Assembly: GCA_034678545.1 (NCBI GenBank)
Contig: JAXDBS010000095.1
Location: 46,248-110,247, forward strand
Direction: 5' to 3'
Length of the DNA stretch: 64,000 nucleotides
Source: Candidatus Cloacimonadaceae bacterium
Lineage (GTDB): Bacteria; Cloacimonadota; Cloacimonadia; Cloacimonadales; Cloacimonadaceae
Below are positions 36,515 through 45,647 of the stretch, in pieces. The notes below the pieces were generated by a model. It did no database searches. It was not told the DNA's origin and saw only the letters and a program-made list of their open reading frames with translations. Position 1 is the first letter of the stretch, and each line of letters opens with the position of its first letter. A program made the translations under genes and the position numbers.

Positions 36515-38255
36515 TGGTTTCCGCCTCTATTATTTCAGCAGCGCCAACCAGCGCCGGTTGGAACAGAGCACCGATTACCAGATCATTCCGCTGTCCGGGT
36601 GGCAGGCCATATTCGGCAGCAGAAACCAGGAAGACTACCGCATAGACTTTGACCAGAACAGCCGCAACATCCTGTTCAACCTGTCCCTGCTGCAGACCGG
36701 CCTCCGCCGGGAGCATGAGATTCTGTCCGGATATGAATACCTGTATGACTACAGCGATCTGGAAAGCGAACTAAATCCCTACAGCAACAAAACCGGCTTT
36801 TTGGGCTACGGTTACCGTTATTCCATCCTGGACAGCCTGAAGCTGCGCGGCCTGGTCAAAGGCTATTACAGGCAGGAACAGGACCGCTATCTGCCAGGTC
36901 ACGACCTGGTCAGCAAGGGCATGCTGGGCTGGTTGGGAATGACATATTCATCCTGGCAGCCGGACAGGGCGATCCAGGTTTCCGGCAGTTTTGAACACAA
37001 GGATTTGAAATGGGAACGCTACAGACAGATCAACGCCAGTCTGTCAGCTGACTTTGCCTTGGCTGGTAATGCGGTAAATACGCTGGTCAGCTTGGCAGAC
37101 CGCGCGGAGGACCTCTATGTGCTGACCGCTCCGGAAGACGAATTCCTGACCAGCCGCTATTCCAGGTATGACCGGCAACTTAGGAGAAACCTGACAGCCG
37201 GACTTAACGTGGTGCTGCCATTGTCAGGCCAACTGGACATGCTGGTCTCCGAGCATTACGCATTAAGCCGCTATCGGCACGATGTAAACCGGAACAGGAA
37301 CACGGGGGATTACAATAATCAGGCGCAGATCGATTTTAACTACCGCCTGACGGAAGGAATCACAGCCCGGGCCAATGTCTCGCATAAGTACTATCTTAAG
37401 GACCTTTCCCACATAAGCAACACCCGCATCATCGATCAGCGCAACCTGGAATGCGGGTTTGCCTGGGAGTTTCTGCCTTCAGACTCACTGCTGTTCGATT
37501 ACTTAGTTGCCCTGCAGCGTACGGTCTATCCTGATTCTTACCACAGGCTCGACAATGATTACCTGACCCATGTTTACAACCTTGGCTGCATCGTTTTCTG
37601 GAAAGACAGGGTCAGGCTGGCCAACAGGTTCATCTTCATGAACAGGGATGAGGTCTATCTGGATTCCTGGCTGTCGGCCAACAACAACAAAGTCACAGGA
37701 TACCAATGGCAGCCGCAGTGTGATGTCCTGATCGGCGACCGTCTGCTGCTGCAGCAGAGATACGGGCTGCGGGCAGATTATGATGATTACGAATACAGCG
37801 GCGAGGAAGATTTCGGGATCAATGATACCTTTTACCGTAAAGCTGAAGCTGGTTTTAACCTGATCTGGGATACCACCCCGCTGGCGGCTAAACTCACGCT
37901 CCCTGTTTGGAACCGGCTGCCCTACAGGAACAGGTGCTTGGAAGCCTGGCACTTTGACCTGGGCTACGCCTGGGAGCGCAATGAAACCAGCGAAAAGAAA
38001 GGTGAGATCTATTGGATCAACGGCAGCTATGACAGGCAGACAATCAGCCTTTTGCTGCAAAAGCAGCATGGGATTCTGATCCTTCAGGCACTGCCTAAAT
38101 ACAGCTGGGGAAACTGGAAAGAATACAATCTGATACTTTCTTCAGCCCTGCAACTTAATCAGAATTCAATGCTGGAGTTAGTCCTGAATCCTGTTGGGCC
38201 GGACGCGGGAGATCTTGACTGGAGGCTGTCCTGCTCGCTTAATATGCTGTTCTAA
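36441..38255 (+). CDS. Putative outer-membrane beta-barrel protein (604 aa)
   Basis: Signal peptide MKKASLLIWLIALMSCPVLSQ. Alternating Tyr/Gly/Asp-rich beta-strand pattern. C-terminal ...LSCSLNMLF with a terminal Phe typical of OMPs. Overlaps the rsmA 3' end by 74 nt. Confidence 0.65.
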   Translation: MKKASLLIWLIALMSCPVLSQTGVNGFRLYYFSSANQRRLEQSTDYQIIPLSGWQAIFGSRNQEDYRIDFDQNSRNILFNLSLLQTGLRREHEILSGYEYLYDYSDLESELNPYSNKTGFLGYGYRYSILDSLKLRGLVKGYYRQEQDRYLPGHDLVSKGMLGWLGMTYSSWQPDRAIQVSGSFEHKDLKWERYRQINASLSADFALAGNAVNTLVSLADRAEDLYVLTAPEDEFLTSRYSRYDRQLRRNLTAGLNVVLPLSGQLDMLVSEHYALSRYRHDVNRNRNTGDYNNQAQIDFNYRLTEGITARANVSHKYYLKDLSHISNTRIIDQRNLECGFAWEFLPSDSLLFDYLVALQRTVYPDSYHRLDNDYLTHVYNLGCIVFWKDRVRLANRFIFMNRDEVYLDSWLSANNNKVTGYQWQPQCDVLIGDRLLLQQRYGLRADYDDYEYSGEEDFGINDTFYRKAEAGFNLIWDTTPLAAKLTLPVWNRLPYRNRCLEAWHFDLGYAWERNETSEKKGEIYWINGSYDRQTISLLLQKQHGILILQALPKYSWGNWKEYNLILSSALQLNQNSMLELVLNPVGPDAGDLDWRLSCSLNMLF

Positions 38256-38259
38256 CTAA

Positions 38260-38544
38260 TCAGAGCAGCCCCAAGAGCTTGATCAGAATGATCAGAAGCA
38301 GGATAAGGTTAGCGCCCAAACTTACAAAGAGTATCTGCTGAAGGCGGTTGATCAGGTTGCGGTTGGCCTGGATCTTTTTCTCCAGGCGGAGCAGCATATT
38401 CTCTATCGTTCCCAGCTTCTCGGTAGTTTTATCCAGTTTCTTGATGTTGTTGTTGTGGGCATAGTCCCGCTTCCAGTGCTGCATCAATTCGAAGGCAATG
38501 GTAATGAAGGAAGGCAGGAAGCTCTTGAATCCTGCTTTAGCCAT
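38260..38544 (-). CDS. Small tail-anchored coiled-coil membrane protein (94 aa), hypothetical
   Basis: Last gene of the minus-strand operon. Coiled-coil segment LDKTTEKLGTIENMLLRLEKKIQANRNLINRLQQ and C-terminal TM LFVSLGANLILLLIILIKLLGLL. Confidence 0.5.
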   Translation of the reverse strand: MAKAGFKSFLPSFITIAFELMQHWKRDYAHNNNIKKLDKTTEKLGTIENMLLRLEKKIQANRNLINRLQQILFVSLGANLILLLIILIKLLGLL

Positions 38545-38545
38545 A

Positions 38546-39400
38546 TCACTCTCCCTTGAATCTGTAACCGATGTTCAGGTAATGGGTGGCATCCAGGACT
38601 GCATGCTGTGTAAAGGAATAATCCAGGATGATCCCGATCAGCCGGAAGCTGGCTCCGGCAGACCAGGTGGCGGGATTCTGATGCACGCCGGCCCTCAGCC
38701 AGAGCGGATCGAACAGCCTGAACTCCACTCCGCCCATGAATTCGGTATCCTGGGCAAAATCCTTTTTCATCTCGACACTGGTCACAACCTGGTCATAAGG
38801 CGTGTAGGCAATTCCCATGGAAAACTGGCGGGGCAGGCTGTGCTGGTTGTTTTCGCCCATCTTGGGCTGATTCAGATTGGTAACCGCGAAACCGAATCTG
38901 GTCCTCTGATGCAGAGTGGCAATAGCTCCAAGGTTCACGCCAAAAGCCGTGTCCTTGTCATATCCATCCATGGCAAGCTCATACAGGTTGGCAGACCAGC
39001 CCACATGGATGGAGGAATGTATGTCTTCCATCAGCTTGAACCCATGGGCCAGGACGTATTGGTTCTCTGCCATCAGGACCTCATCCTCAAAATCCACATC
39101 AAAGGACTTGATCCCGAGAGCGGCGGTTCCCCAGTTAGCGGGTAAAGGGTAAGCCAGGCTTCCTGTCTTGAGTTCGGAAAATTGCTGCCCGAAAAGCTGA
39201 GCCATGCCGACGGAAGCGCTCATGGGCACAGTGTATAAACCGGCAGGATTAAAAAACACGCCGTTGGGGTCATCGGATAAAGCCACAAAGGCGTTGCCCA
39301 TGGCGCGGGCCCGGGCTGACGGCTGGTAATCATTGAAGACAGCCAGTAACAGATATACATTGGTCACAAGGATCAGCGCGATTATTATCTTTTTCATCAT
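38546..39400 (-). CDS. Outer-membrane beta-barrel protein with a PorV/PorQ-like N-terminal motif (T9SS-associated type, tentative)
   Basis: Signal peptide MMKKIIIALILVTNVYLLLA, then SARARAMGNAFVALSDDPNGVFFNPAGL, the ARAxGMGxA...NPAGL motif seen in PorV/PorQ/PorP-like OMPs. Ends ...LNIGYRFKGE. The start (39400, 39397, or GTG 39418) is uncertain. Confidence 0.5.
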   Translation of the reverse strand: MMKKIIIALILVTNVYLLLAVFNDYQPSARARAMGNAFVALSDDPNGVFFNPAGLYTVPMSASVGMAQLFGQQFSELKTGSLAYPLPANWGTAALGIKSFDVDFEDEVLMAENQYVLAHGFKLMEDIHSSIHVGWSANLYELAMDGYDKDTAFGVNLGAIATLHQRTRFGFAVTNLNQPKMGENNQHSLPRQFSMGIAYTPYDQVVTSVEMKKDFAQDTEFMGGVEFRLFDPLWLRAGVHQNPATWSAGASFRLIGIILDYSFTQHAVLDATHYLNIGYRFKGE

Positions 39401-39424
39401 TCCCTCTATTCTGAACACTTTAAG

Positions 39425-40888
39425 CTATTTGAGTTCTGCCGCTATGATGATCGGTTGAACTGCTGTATCGGATTTTCCGCTGGCCCGGTCAATGACTTCC
39501 AAATGGCAGTAATACAACCCGATAGGCAACAGATTCTTGTTTTTATCCCGGCCGTCCCATAGATAGGAATCAATACCGTTGGAAGTTTCCACGATCTCGT
39601 TAATGGGAGTGTGAACCAGCCGTCCCTGTGAGTCGTAGATCCTGATAATGGCCTTGCTGCTGGGGACTCCGGCCTGGACCAGGCAGCCGTATTCGATCCA
39701 GATCTCCTGATTTAACCAAGGATTGAAGATGTTTTTCTTGTTGTATTTGTCATCATTTTCGGTCCAGATGCTTAGCCATGCCAGCCGTTTCTGGATGGGG
39801 ATAGTAATGCTGCCGTCATTGAGGATGGCGAAATCGACAGAATCCGTTGCCGTGCTTAGCCAGCCGGCGGTGAGGTCAAGGTCTGACTTGCCGTAGGAGA
39901 GTGTTTTGAACAGCAGCTTGAGCAGGACACCGCTGTTGGTCTGAGAAACCAGGGCATTGTCACTCTGATAAATAATGACCACCGAATCTTCCATGGCTGT
40001 CAACTCGATATCAGGCATGGTTGAGGAGACTGTTGAAGTTATGTCAGCATCAACAAACTCGAGGATTCGCTGGTTAAAGCTCACTGTGAAGGAATAGCGG
40101 GTGACGTTCCAGCTTTCCTCCAGCTTGGATACAATTACGTCTACAGGCACGATTTCGCCTTTCTCAGCTTCCACTTCCATCACGTCCAGTGAAACGGTGT
40201 TGATATCGGCCAGCGGAACAAGATCCAGGTCAGACCTGGGATTTAGCCTGTATTGGGGAGGGTTGGGAGAGGAGTAATAAACGATGCCTGTGATCTCAGA
40301 CCAGACTTGGCCGGAAATAACGCCCGTCCAGGCATGCGGCTGGGTGTAAAACCCGTCGTTAATCTGGCAGGTGGCAGTGTTGCCGCTGACGGCTGCAACG
40401 TAAAATATACTGCCTGTGACCAGGGTAACCTTGACATTCGTGAGTTTGACCAACACACTTTCATACGCTTCGCCTGCATAGTTGGGATAACCTTGCAGGT
40501 CCACCGGAGAGACAGGCGCGGCAGCAGGTATAGCATTACCACTGCTGATCAGGCTGTAAGCGGTGATGTCACCTATTTCCGTGCATCCCCCTACCTCGGT
40601 CACAGTCCCTGTTATGGATACCTTGTCACCGAGGGCGGGAGAGTGGGCTGGATCATTGACAACTATGCTTTTCCAGCTTCCGGACTCTTCAGCAATCACA
40701 TACTTGCCGCCGGTAAAACCAGTTCCCGTTACTGTCCCTTCAGTGCTTACGGCAGTTCCGTTGAGAGGGGAGGGATAGGTATTCCCTGTTCCGGGAACTG
40801 TGGTGTATTGGATCTCATAAATGGTGGTGCTCCATGCCAGGGCACTCATCAGCAATAGGGCAATAAACATACTGAATGATCGCATCAT
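39425..40888 (-). CDS. Secreted protein with a cohesin-like middle domain and a C-terminal FlgD-Ig/T9SS-type sorting domain
   Basis: Signal peptide MMRSFSMFIALLLMSALAWS. N-terminal TIYEIQYTTVPG... module. SLDVMEVEAEKGEIVPVDVIVSKL is a cohesin-like strand. C-terminus IRIYDSQGRLVHTPINE...YLWDGRDKNKNLLPIGLYYCHLEVID is typical of CTD-type sorting domains. Confidence 0.7.
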   Translation of the reverse strand: MMRSFSMFIALLLMSALAWSTTIYEIQYTTVPGTGNTYPSPLNGTAVSTEGTVTGTGFTGGKYVIAEESGSWKSIVVNDPAHSPALGDKVSITGTVTEVGGCTEIGDITAYSLISSGNAIPAAAPVSPVDLQGYPNYAGEAYESVLVKLTNVKVTLVTGSIFYVAAVSGNTATCQINDGFYTQPHAWTGVISGQVWSEITGIVYYSSPNPPQYRLNPRSDLDLVPLADINTVSLDVMEVEAEKGEIVPVDVIVSKLEESWNVTRYSFTVSFNQRILEFVDADITSTVSSTMPDIELTAMEDSVVIIYQSDNALVSQTNSGVLLKLLFKTLSYGKSDLDLTAGWLSTATDSVDFAILNDGSITIPIQKRLAWLSIWTENDDKYNKKNIFNPWLNQEIWIEYGCLVQAGVPSSKAIIRIYDSQGRLVHTPINEIVETSNGIDSYLWDGRDKNKNLLPIGLYYCHLEVIDRASGKSDTAVQPIIIAAELK

Positions 40889-40895
40889 TTTACTC

Positions 40896-41456
40896 CTAGA
40901 TTGACTTGTCTGGATTTGGGGTTTGCTTTGCTTGCATCAGCTCATTCGGATTTCGTTTGATTATCATGTCCAGGATCAGCAGCCCCATGGCAATTACGAT
41001 AGAACTGTCGGCAATATTGAAAACGGGCCAGCGTTCCATAATAAGATTGGGAAAATTTACATCAATGAAATCAGTAACGTAGCCAAACAGGACCCTGTCG
41101 ATCAGGTTGCCAATGGCGCCACCGATAATCATGCTGAGACTGATTAACTGCAGCTTGTTGTTTGAACGCAGAATCAGGTATACAACAAAACCGATGGCCA
41201 GAATCGTCATGCCTATGAAGAAAAACCGATTGACAAGGGGAGATCCCAAGCTTAGACTGAATGCGGCTCCATCATTTCGGACACGTGTCAGCCACAGGAA
41301 ATCGCCCCAGATTCTATGGGGAATGTACAGAGGCAACTTGGCTTTGGCCAGGATTTTCAGGAATTGGTCAATCAGGATGATGACTGCCGATATCCACAGA
41401 TACCTGAACTGCCTTGCAGCATTTGTGTCTTTGGGCTGTAACCAGGAAGGCGACAT
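40896..41456 (-). CDS. lspA: Lipoprotein signal peptidase II
   Basis: VRNDGAAFSL and FNIADSSIVIAMGLLIL conserved LspA boxes. Start moved to ATG 41456, which overlaps the upstream stop as TAATG. Confidence 0.88.
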   Translation of the reverse strand: MSPSWLQPKDTNAARQFRYLWISAVIILIDQFLKILAKAKLPLYIPHRIWGDFLWLTRVRNDGAAFSLSLGSPLVNRFFFIGMTILAIGFVVYLILRSNNKLQLISLSMIIGGAIGNLIDRVLFGYVTDFIDVNFPNLIMERWPVFNIADSSIVIAMGLLILDMIIKRNPNELMQAKQTPNPDKSI

Positions 41457-41854
41457 TATCTGCGATGCCTCTTTTTGTCTTCTTCCTTGGACTTGCAATC
41501 CATGCAATATTTGGCGTAGGGAATGACTTCCAGGCGCGCTTCCGGGATCAGGTCACCGCAGATCTCGCAGATGCCGAACGTGCCTTCCGAGATCTTTTTC
41601 AGGGCATCATTCAGATGCCTGATCTTCTCCCTTTCCTGTTCCATGAGCATCACATTTTGTTCCATGAGATTCGTATCGCTGCCCTGGTCGGCCTGATGAA
41701 AAGCATAGGAGGACAGATCTCCGGAGCTTTCCTTGGCTCCGATGCTCTGGTCCTGCGTAGCCCGGTCGATATAGGCCCGGCTTTCTTCAAGTTCGGTTTT
41801 TATCATTTCTTCAAAGTGTTTCAGTTTTGCGGCTGATAATTTTTTTGCTGCCAT
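41456..41854 (-). CDS. DksA/TraR-family C4 zinc-finger regulator
   Basis: CEICGDLIPEARLEVIPYAKYCMDCK C4 finger preceded by a coiled-coil region. 132 aa. Confidence 0.85.
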   Translation of the reverse strand: MAAKKLSAAKLKHFEEMIKTELEESRAYIDRATQDQSIGAKESSGDLSSYAFHQADQGSDTNLMEQNVMLMEQEREKIRHLNDALKKISEGTFGICEICGDLIPEARLEVIPYAKYCMDCKSKEEDKKRHRR

Positions 41855-41955
41855 GTCATTCTCCTGTTACCAATCTCACTCTCACGATAACTGCGAATTA
41901 TACTTTATTTCTTTTTTTGTCTAATCTGTCAATCTAAAAAGCAAGCCTTGCTTCC

Positions 41956-42759
41956 TCAGGCTTTCAGCAAGGCGGTCACAAGTGTTTTTAACTGAGACGA
42001 AGCTTTGTCGGCATTCGCTCTGATTTCTTCTTGGGAATGGGCCAGACTGTGGAACAAATTACTGTAATTGGTGACAACGGATACACCAAGAACTTCCAGT
42101 CCTGCGTGCCGGGCTGCAATCACTTCGGGTACTGTTGACATGCCGACCAGGTCAGCTCCCCATTGGGCAAACATGGCGCATTCTGCTTTGTTCTCCAGGC
42201 TGGGGCCGCTGACAGCAAGGTAAATTCCTTTTTTAACGTTGATGCGCTGCTCCTCCGCAAGCAGCTCAATTTTTGCTTGCATCGTGGTGGAATAAGGCAG
42301 GTTCATGGAGGGGAATCTTTCGCCTAAAGCCGGATCGTTGCTGCCGATCAGGGGATTGGTTCCCATGAAGTTGATGTGGTCTGTGATCAGGACTATGTCA
42401 CCCGGCGCTAATTCTTCTCTCAGGCTGCCTGACGCGTTGGTGACTATCAGGCTTTTCACTCCCAAAAGCGCCATGACCCTTACCGGGAACACAACCTGGT
42501 GCATGGAATAGCCTTCGTAATAATGGAACCGGCCCTGCAGGCAGATAACCGGTTGTTTTGATAAAAAACCAAACAGCAGATTCCCAGCATGTGAAGGTGC
42601 GGTGCTTCTGACAAATCCCGGGATCTCTTCATATGGAAATGTCAGCTTGTTTTCCAGTATGTCTGCCAGTGAACCCAATCCTGTGCCCAGGATGATACCA
42701 ACGCTGGGAGACTGGGGCAATCTCTCCTTAAGCCACTGTGCAGTTGTTTGATAGTCCAT
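41956..42759 (-). CDS. Purine nucleoside phosphorylase (PNP family I, PunA-like)
   Basis: VGIILGTGLG, HAGNLLFG, LQGRFHYYEGY and GMSTVPEVIAARHAG motifs. Confidence 0.9.
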   Translation of the reverse strand: MDYQTTAQWLKERLPQSPSVGIILGTGLGSLADILENKLTFPYEEIPGFVRSTAPSHAGNLLFGFLSKQPVICLQGRFHYYEGYSMHQVVFPVRVMALLGVKSLIVTNASGSLREELAPGDIVLITDHINFMGTNPLIGSNDPALGERFPSMNLPYSTTMQAKIELLAEEQRINVKKGIYLAVSGPSLENKAECAMFAQWGADLVGMSTVPEVIAARHAGLEVLGVSVVTNYSNLFHSLAHSQEEIRANADKASSQLKTLVTALLKA

Positions 42760-43340
42760 TACCTGGCTGTCTCGCTTTCCTGCTGCTTCTTGGCGGGGGG
42801 AGCCATATCTTCCTTGATCTGATGGAATTCCCTGTCGATCAGTTGTTCCGATTCCCTGACCAGCAGCGGATCCTTGCCGATCCTTTCCATGAAGGTTTGC
42901 AGCTCGGACTTAAACTGCATCAGGAACTGCCTTTTCTGTTCCTTGACTTGAAGATACTGATGTTCCAAGACGCTCAGGTATTGCTTGGCTTCCTGGATGG
43001 CGCGTTTGGCTTTGATCTCGGCTTCCTTGATGATATTTTCCGCTTCCTTTTTGGCGTTGGCAATGATGTCGGCCTTGGTCTTCTCGGCAAATACGAGGGT
43101 GCGGCTGATCAGTTCCTCCCTCCGTTTCAGGTCGTCCACCGCTTGCGAGGCGTGGGCGGCCTCCTGTCTTACTTCCTGCCGCAGCTGCTGCTGGCGGTGT
43201 GCCTCGCGTTCCTGGGTTTTGTTGAGATCCTCGATCTCACGGGCCAGCGTTTCGAGGTAAGCTCTGACTTCCTTCTTTTTGTATCCGCCCAGAGCCCCGG
43301 AGAATTCCTGGTGTCTGATATCAATGGGATTCAATGGCAT
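42759..43340 (-). CDS. divIVA: DivIVA-domain cell-division protein
   Basis: MPLNPIDIRHQEFSGALGGYKKKEVRAYLETLAREIEDL DivIVA N-terminus, then coiled coil. Start moved to ATG 43340 (GGAGGA upstream). Confidence 0.85.
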   Translation of the reverse strand: MPLNPIDIRHQEFSGALGGYKKKEVRAYLETLAREIEDLNKTQEREAHRQQQLRQEVRQEAAHASQAVDDLKRREELISRTLVFAEKTKADIIANAKKEAENIIKEAEIKAKRAIQEAKQYLSVLEHQYLQVKEQKRQFLMQFKSELQTFMERIGKDPLLVRESEQLIDREFHQIKEDMAPPAKKQQESETAR

Positions 43341-43358
43341 GTGTCCTCCAAGCAATTA

Positions 43359-43619
43359 TCAGATGGGACTCAATAGCCCCAATAGTAGTTTTTTCAACAC
43401 AAGGTCTATCAGTAGGATTGCTATCACAGGCGATATGTCTATACCCTGCAGCGGAATTATCCTTCGGATCGGGCCGAGCACAGGTTCGGTGACTGAGATC
43501 AAAAACCTGTAAAACTGGTTGCGCCGGTTGGGACTGAACCACGACATGATGGCCCGGACCAGAATTATGATGGTGTAGATGTCCAGGAGTCTTACGGTAA
43601 GCATTACAAGTCCGTTCAT
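43359..43619 (-). CDS. yggT: YggT-family membrane protein
   Basis: LLDIYTIIILVRAIMSWFSPN...FLISVTEPVLGPIRRIIP pattern. Classic yggT-divIVA neighbourhood. Confidence 0.85.
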   Translation of the reverse strand: MNGLVMLTVRLLDIYTIIILVRAIMSWFSPNRRNQFYRFLISVTEPVLGPIRRIIPLQGIDISPVIAILLIDLVLKKLLLGLLSPI

Positions 43620-43635
43620 GTGATGTGCCGGCCTA

Positions 43636-44196
43636 TCAGTCGAGGATTTCGTGGCAGTTGCGGCAGCGGGCCTCGTAGGCTTCAGTGGAACCTACCAGGA
43701 TCTGTTCCCCGCTGTGAACTGTCCTTTGGGTGCGGTTGGCAGGATTGCCGCATTTAAGGCAAATGGCCAGATTTTTGGTAACGTATTCCGCTATTGCCAT
43801 CAGTTGCGGCATACAGCCGAATGGCTTTCCCCTGTAGTCCTGATCGAGGCCTGCGACTATTACCCTTATCCCGCGGTCTGCAAGTGCATTGCAGACATCG
43901 ATCAGGGATGCTTCAAAGAATTGAGCCTCATCTATGGCCACGACTTGGGTATCTTTTGTAATACGCTCCAAAATCTCCCCCGCCTGTCTGATCGGGATCG
44001 AGGGAGCCTGCAGTTGGGAATGTGAAACAATGTTGTTGTCATCGTAGCGGTTGTCTATCGCCGGTTTGAAGACCAGGATCTTCTGCCTGGCATATTCAGC
44101 CCGGTGGATTCTGCGGATAAGCTCTTCCGTCTTGCCGCTGAACATGCTGCCGCAAATCACTTCGATCCAACCAGTCGGTTGTATGTTAATGTTCAC
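43636..44196 (-). CDS. tdk: Thymidine kinase
   Basis: GSMFSGKTEELIRR P-loop, VAIDEAQFF, and zinc cysteines CLKCG...CRNCH. The GTG start at 44196 is inferred from the usual TK N-terminus; the track start at 44286 would overlap the upstream gene by 100 nt. Confidence 0.88.
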   Translation of the reverse strand: MNINIQPTGWIEVICGSMFSGKTEELIRRIHRAEYARQKILVFKPAIDNRYDDNNIVSHSQLQAPSIPIRQAGEILERITKDTQVVAIDEAQFFEASLIDVCNALADRGIRVIVAGLDQDYRGKPFGCMPQLMAIAEYVTKNLAICLKCGNPANRTQRTVHSGEQILVGSTEAYEARCRNCHEILD

Positions 44197-45028
44197 TTGC
44201 CTTCCCCTGTAACTGTCGCTTTCTTGTCCTGACCAAACTTCCGGCCCGGCCTTTTTCGTCAACACAAAACCTCCCGGCCATTTCATACAGAGCTATGCCG
44301 GTTGCGGTTGCCGCGTTCAGAGATTCCATCCGGTCTGATATCGGGATGCGCACTTCCGCATCCAGCAGAGCCCTGATTTCAGGACTGATGCCTCTGCTTT
44401 CGGAACCCATGACTATGATCAGTTGTTTACTTTTATCAATTCTAAAGTCTCTCAAGCTTGAACTGCCGTTGGAGGATAGGCCTGCCTTCAAGGCGTCCTG
44501 CCGTTGCAGCCATTCCGGCCCGGCTGTCAGTGACGGCACCCAGAAGACGCTGCCCAGCGAGGCCCTTATCACTTTGGGTGAGAAGACCTCGCAGCAGTCT
44601 TGGGATAATACTACCCCATCCAGGCCAAAGGCTGCGGCACTACGGAAGATCGTTCCCAGGTTGCCGGGATCCCTTATCCCGTCAAGGTATAAAGCCATTC
44701 GGTAGTCCTCAAAGCCAGTGGACGGGATGGCATAAATTCCTAACATGGGCTGCGGCGTTTCCGTATCTGCCAGCGTTTCCAGCTCATGCGGCCTGGCCAG
44801 CAGGATTTTGCACCTCAGGTTAGGTATGGAAAGCGCCTTGGCTATGTCGCCGGCGATGATTTCCTCCGGGAAAATACCGTTGGCGGCCAGTTGTTCTATC
44901 AGGTTGAATCCTTCTGCCAGGGTCTGATTTGATTCCAGGCGGTATTTCTTCTGTTTCAGTTTTTTCAGTTCGTGCAGGTGGTTCTTGCTCAGTTCTCCCA
45001 TCCCGGCTCGCGCAGGGGTGTCAGTCAT
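44186..45028 (-). CDS. TrmH/SpoU-family RNA 2'-O-methyltransferase (RlmB-like)
   Basis: RDPGNLGTIFRSAAAFG, IVMGSESRGIS and IPISDRMESLNAATATGIALYE SpoU motifs. Confidence 0.85.
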   Translation of the reverse strand: MTDTPARAGMGELSKNHLHELKKLKQKKYRLESNQTLAEGFNLIEQLAANGIFPEEIIAGDIAKALSIPNLRCKILLARPHELETLADTETPQPMLGIYAIPSTGFEDYRMALYLDGIRDPGNLGTIFRSAAAFGLDGVVLSQDCCEVFSPKVIRASLGSVFWVPSLTAGPEWLQRQDALKAGLSSNGSSSLRDFRIDKSKQLIIVMGSESRGISPEIRALLDAEVRIPISDRMESLNAATATGIALYEMAGRFCVDEKGRAGSLVRTRKRQLQGKASEH

Positions 45029-45314
45029 TGGCCAGCTCGATTCTCAGTTGCAGGATGTCATTCAGGTAGCGGGGATCCAGGCCCGGCTGGACCGCGATCA
45101 ACATCATCGCGGGCATTTCGCCTTCGAAGATGATACTGTTGTGGCTGTATACGCAGGTCTTTTTATTCAGGAACCGCTCGTCCGGATACAGGAAAATGTT
45201 GCCGGTTTCGTCCTTCTTCAGCGTGAAGCTGGACGCGAAGAAAATGTCATCCAGCTCATACTGCTGCAGAAGCTCGAAATAAAAAGCGTCATCCCGGTTG
45301 TCTTGCTCGTTCAT
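45021..45314 (-). CDS. Hypothetical protein (~97 aa)
   Basis: First ORF of the minus-strand operon, with an 8-nt overlap onto the next gene. The start is either ATG 45314 or GTG 45353. No family recognised. Confidence 0.45.
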   Translation of the reverse strand: MNEQDNRDDAFYFELLQQYELDDIFFASSFTLKKDETGNIFLYPDERFLNKKTCVYSHNSIIFEGEMPAMMLIAVQPGLDPRYLNDILQLRIELAND

Positions 45315-45449
45315 TTTTGGTTTTTCCCTCGTTGCTGCATGGTTCCAAAACACGGCACCCGTTTATCCTGTCAAGCGGAGATCAGGTTGCCGTTTTGACT
45401 TCGAATTCTTCCTCTTTCGCATAGCTTTGCCAATATGTCAGATAAGCAG

Positions 45450-45555
45450 TTATCCACAAATCCGGTGGATATCGCCTTTTTTGCATCATACTGATATGCT
45501 TTGAGTTACATCCAACTCCAACCGGCCCGTCCAAGTTATCCACAAGTTATCCACC
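45450..45555. promoter_or_regulatory. Cluster of four DnaA-box-like 9-mers
   Basis: TTATCCACA at 45450-45458 (perfect). GGTGGATAT at 45464-45472 (reverse orientation, ATATCCACC, 7/9). TTATCCACA at 45536-45544 (perfect). TTATCCACC at 45547-45555 (8/9). Confidence 0.7.
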
Positions 45556-45647
45556 CACCGCCGCGGAACGGATAACTGGCTGTAAGGCAAAAGAAAAAGG
45601 GACAATTACTATCCCTTCTTCCCGACTCGATAGCTCTGGTGTAATAT

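Noticed and set aside
45354-45647. Calling the DnaA-box cluster oriC outright
   Set aside because: There is no adjacent dnaA/dnaN and no clear AT-rich unwinding element or 13-mer-like repeats. Coding-strand bias does not switch here, and I cannot compute GC skew. It is kept as a DnaA-binding cluster of undetermined role.
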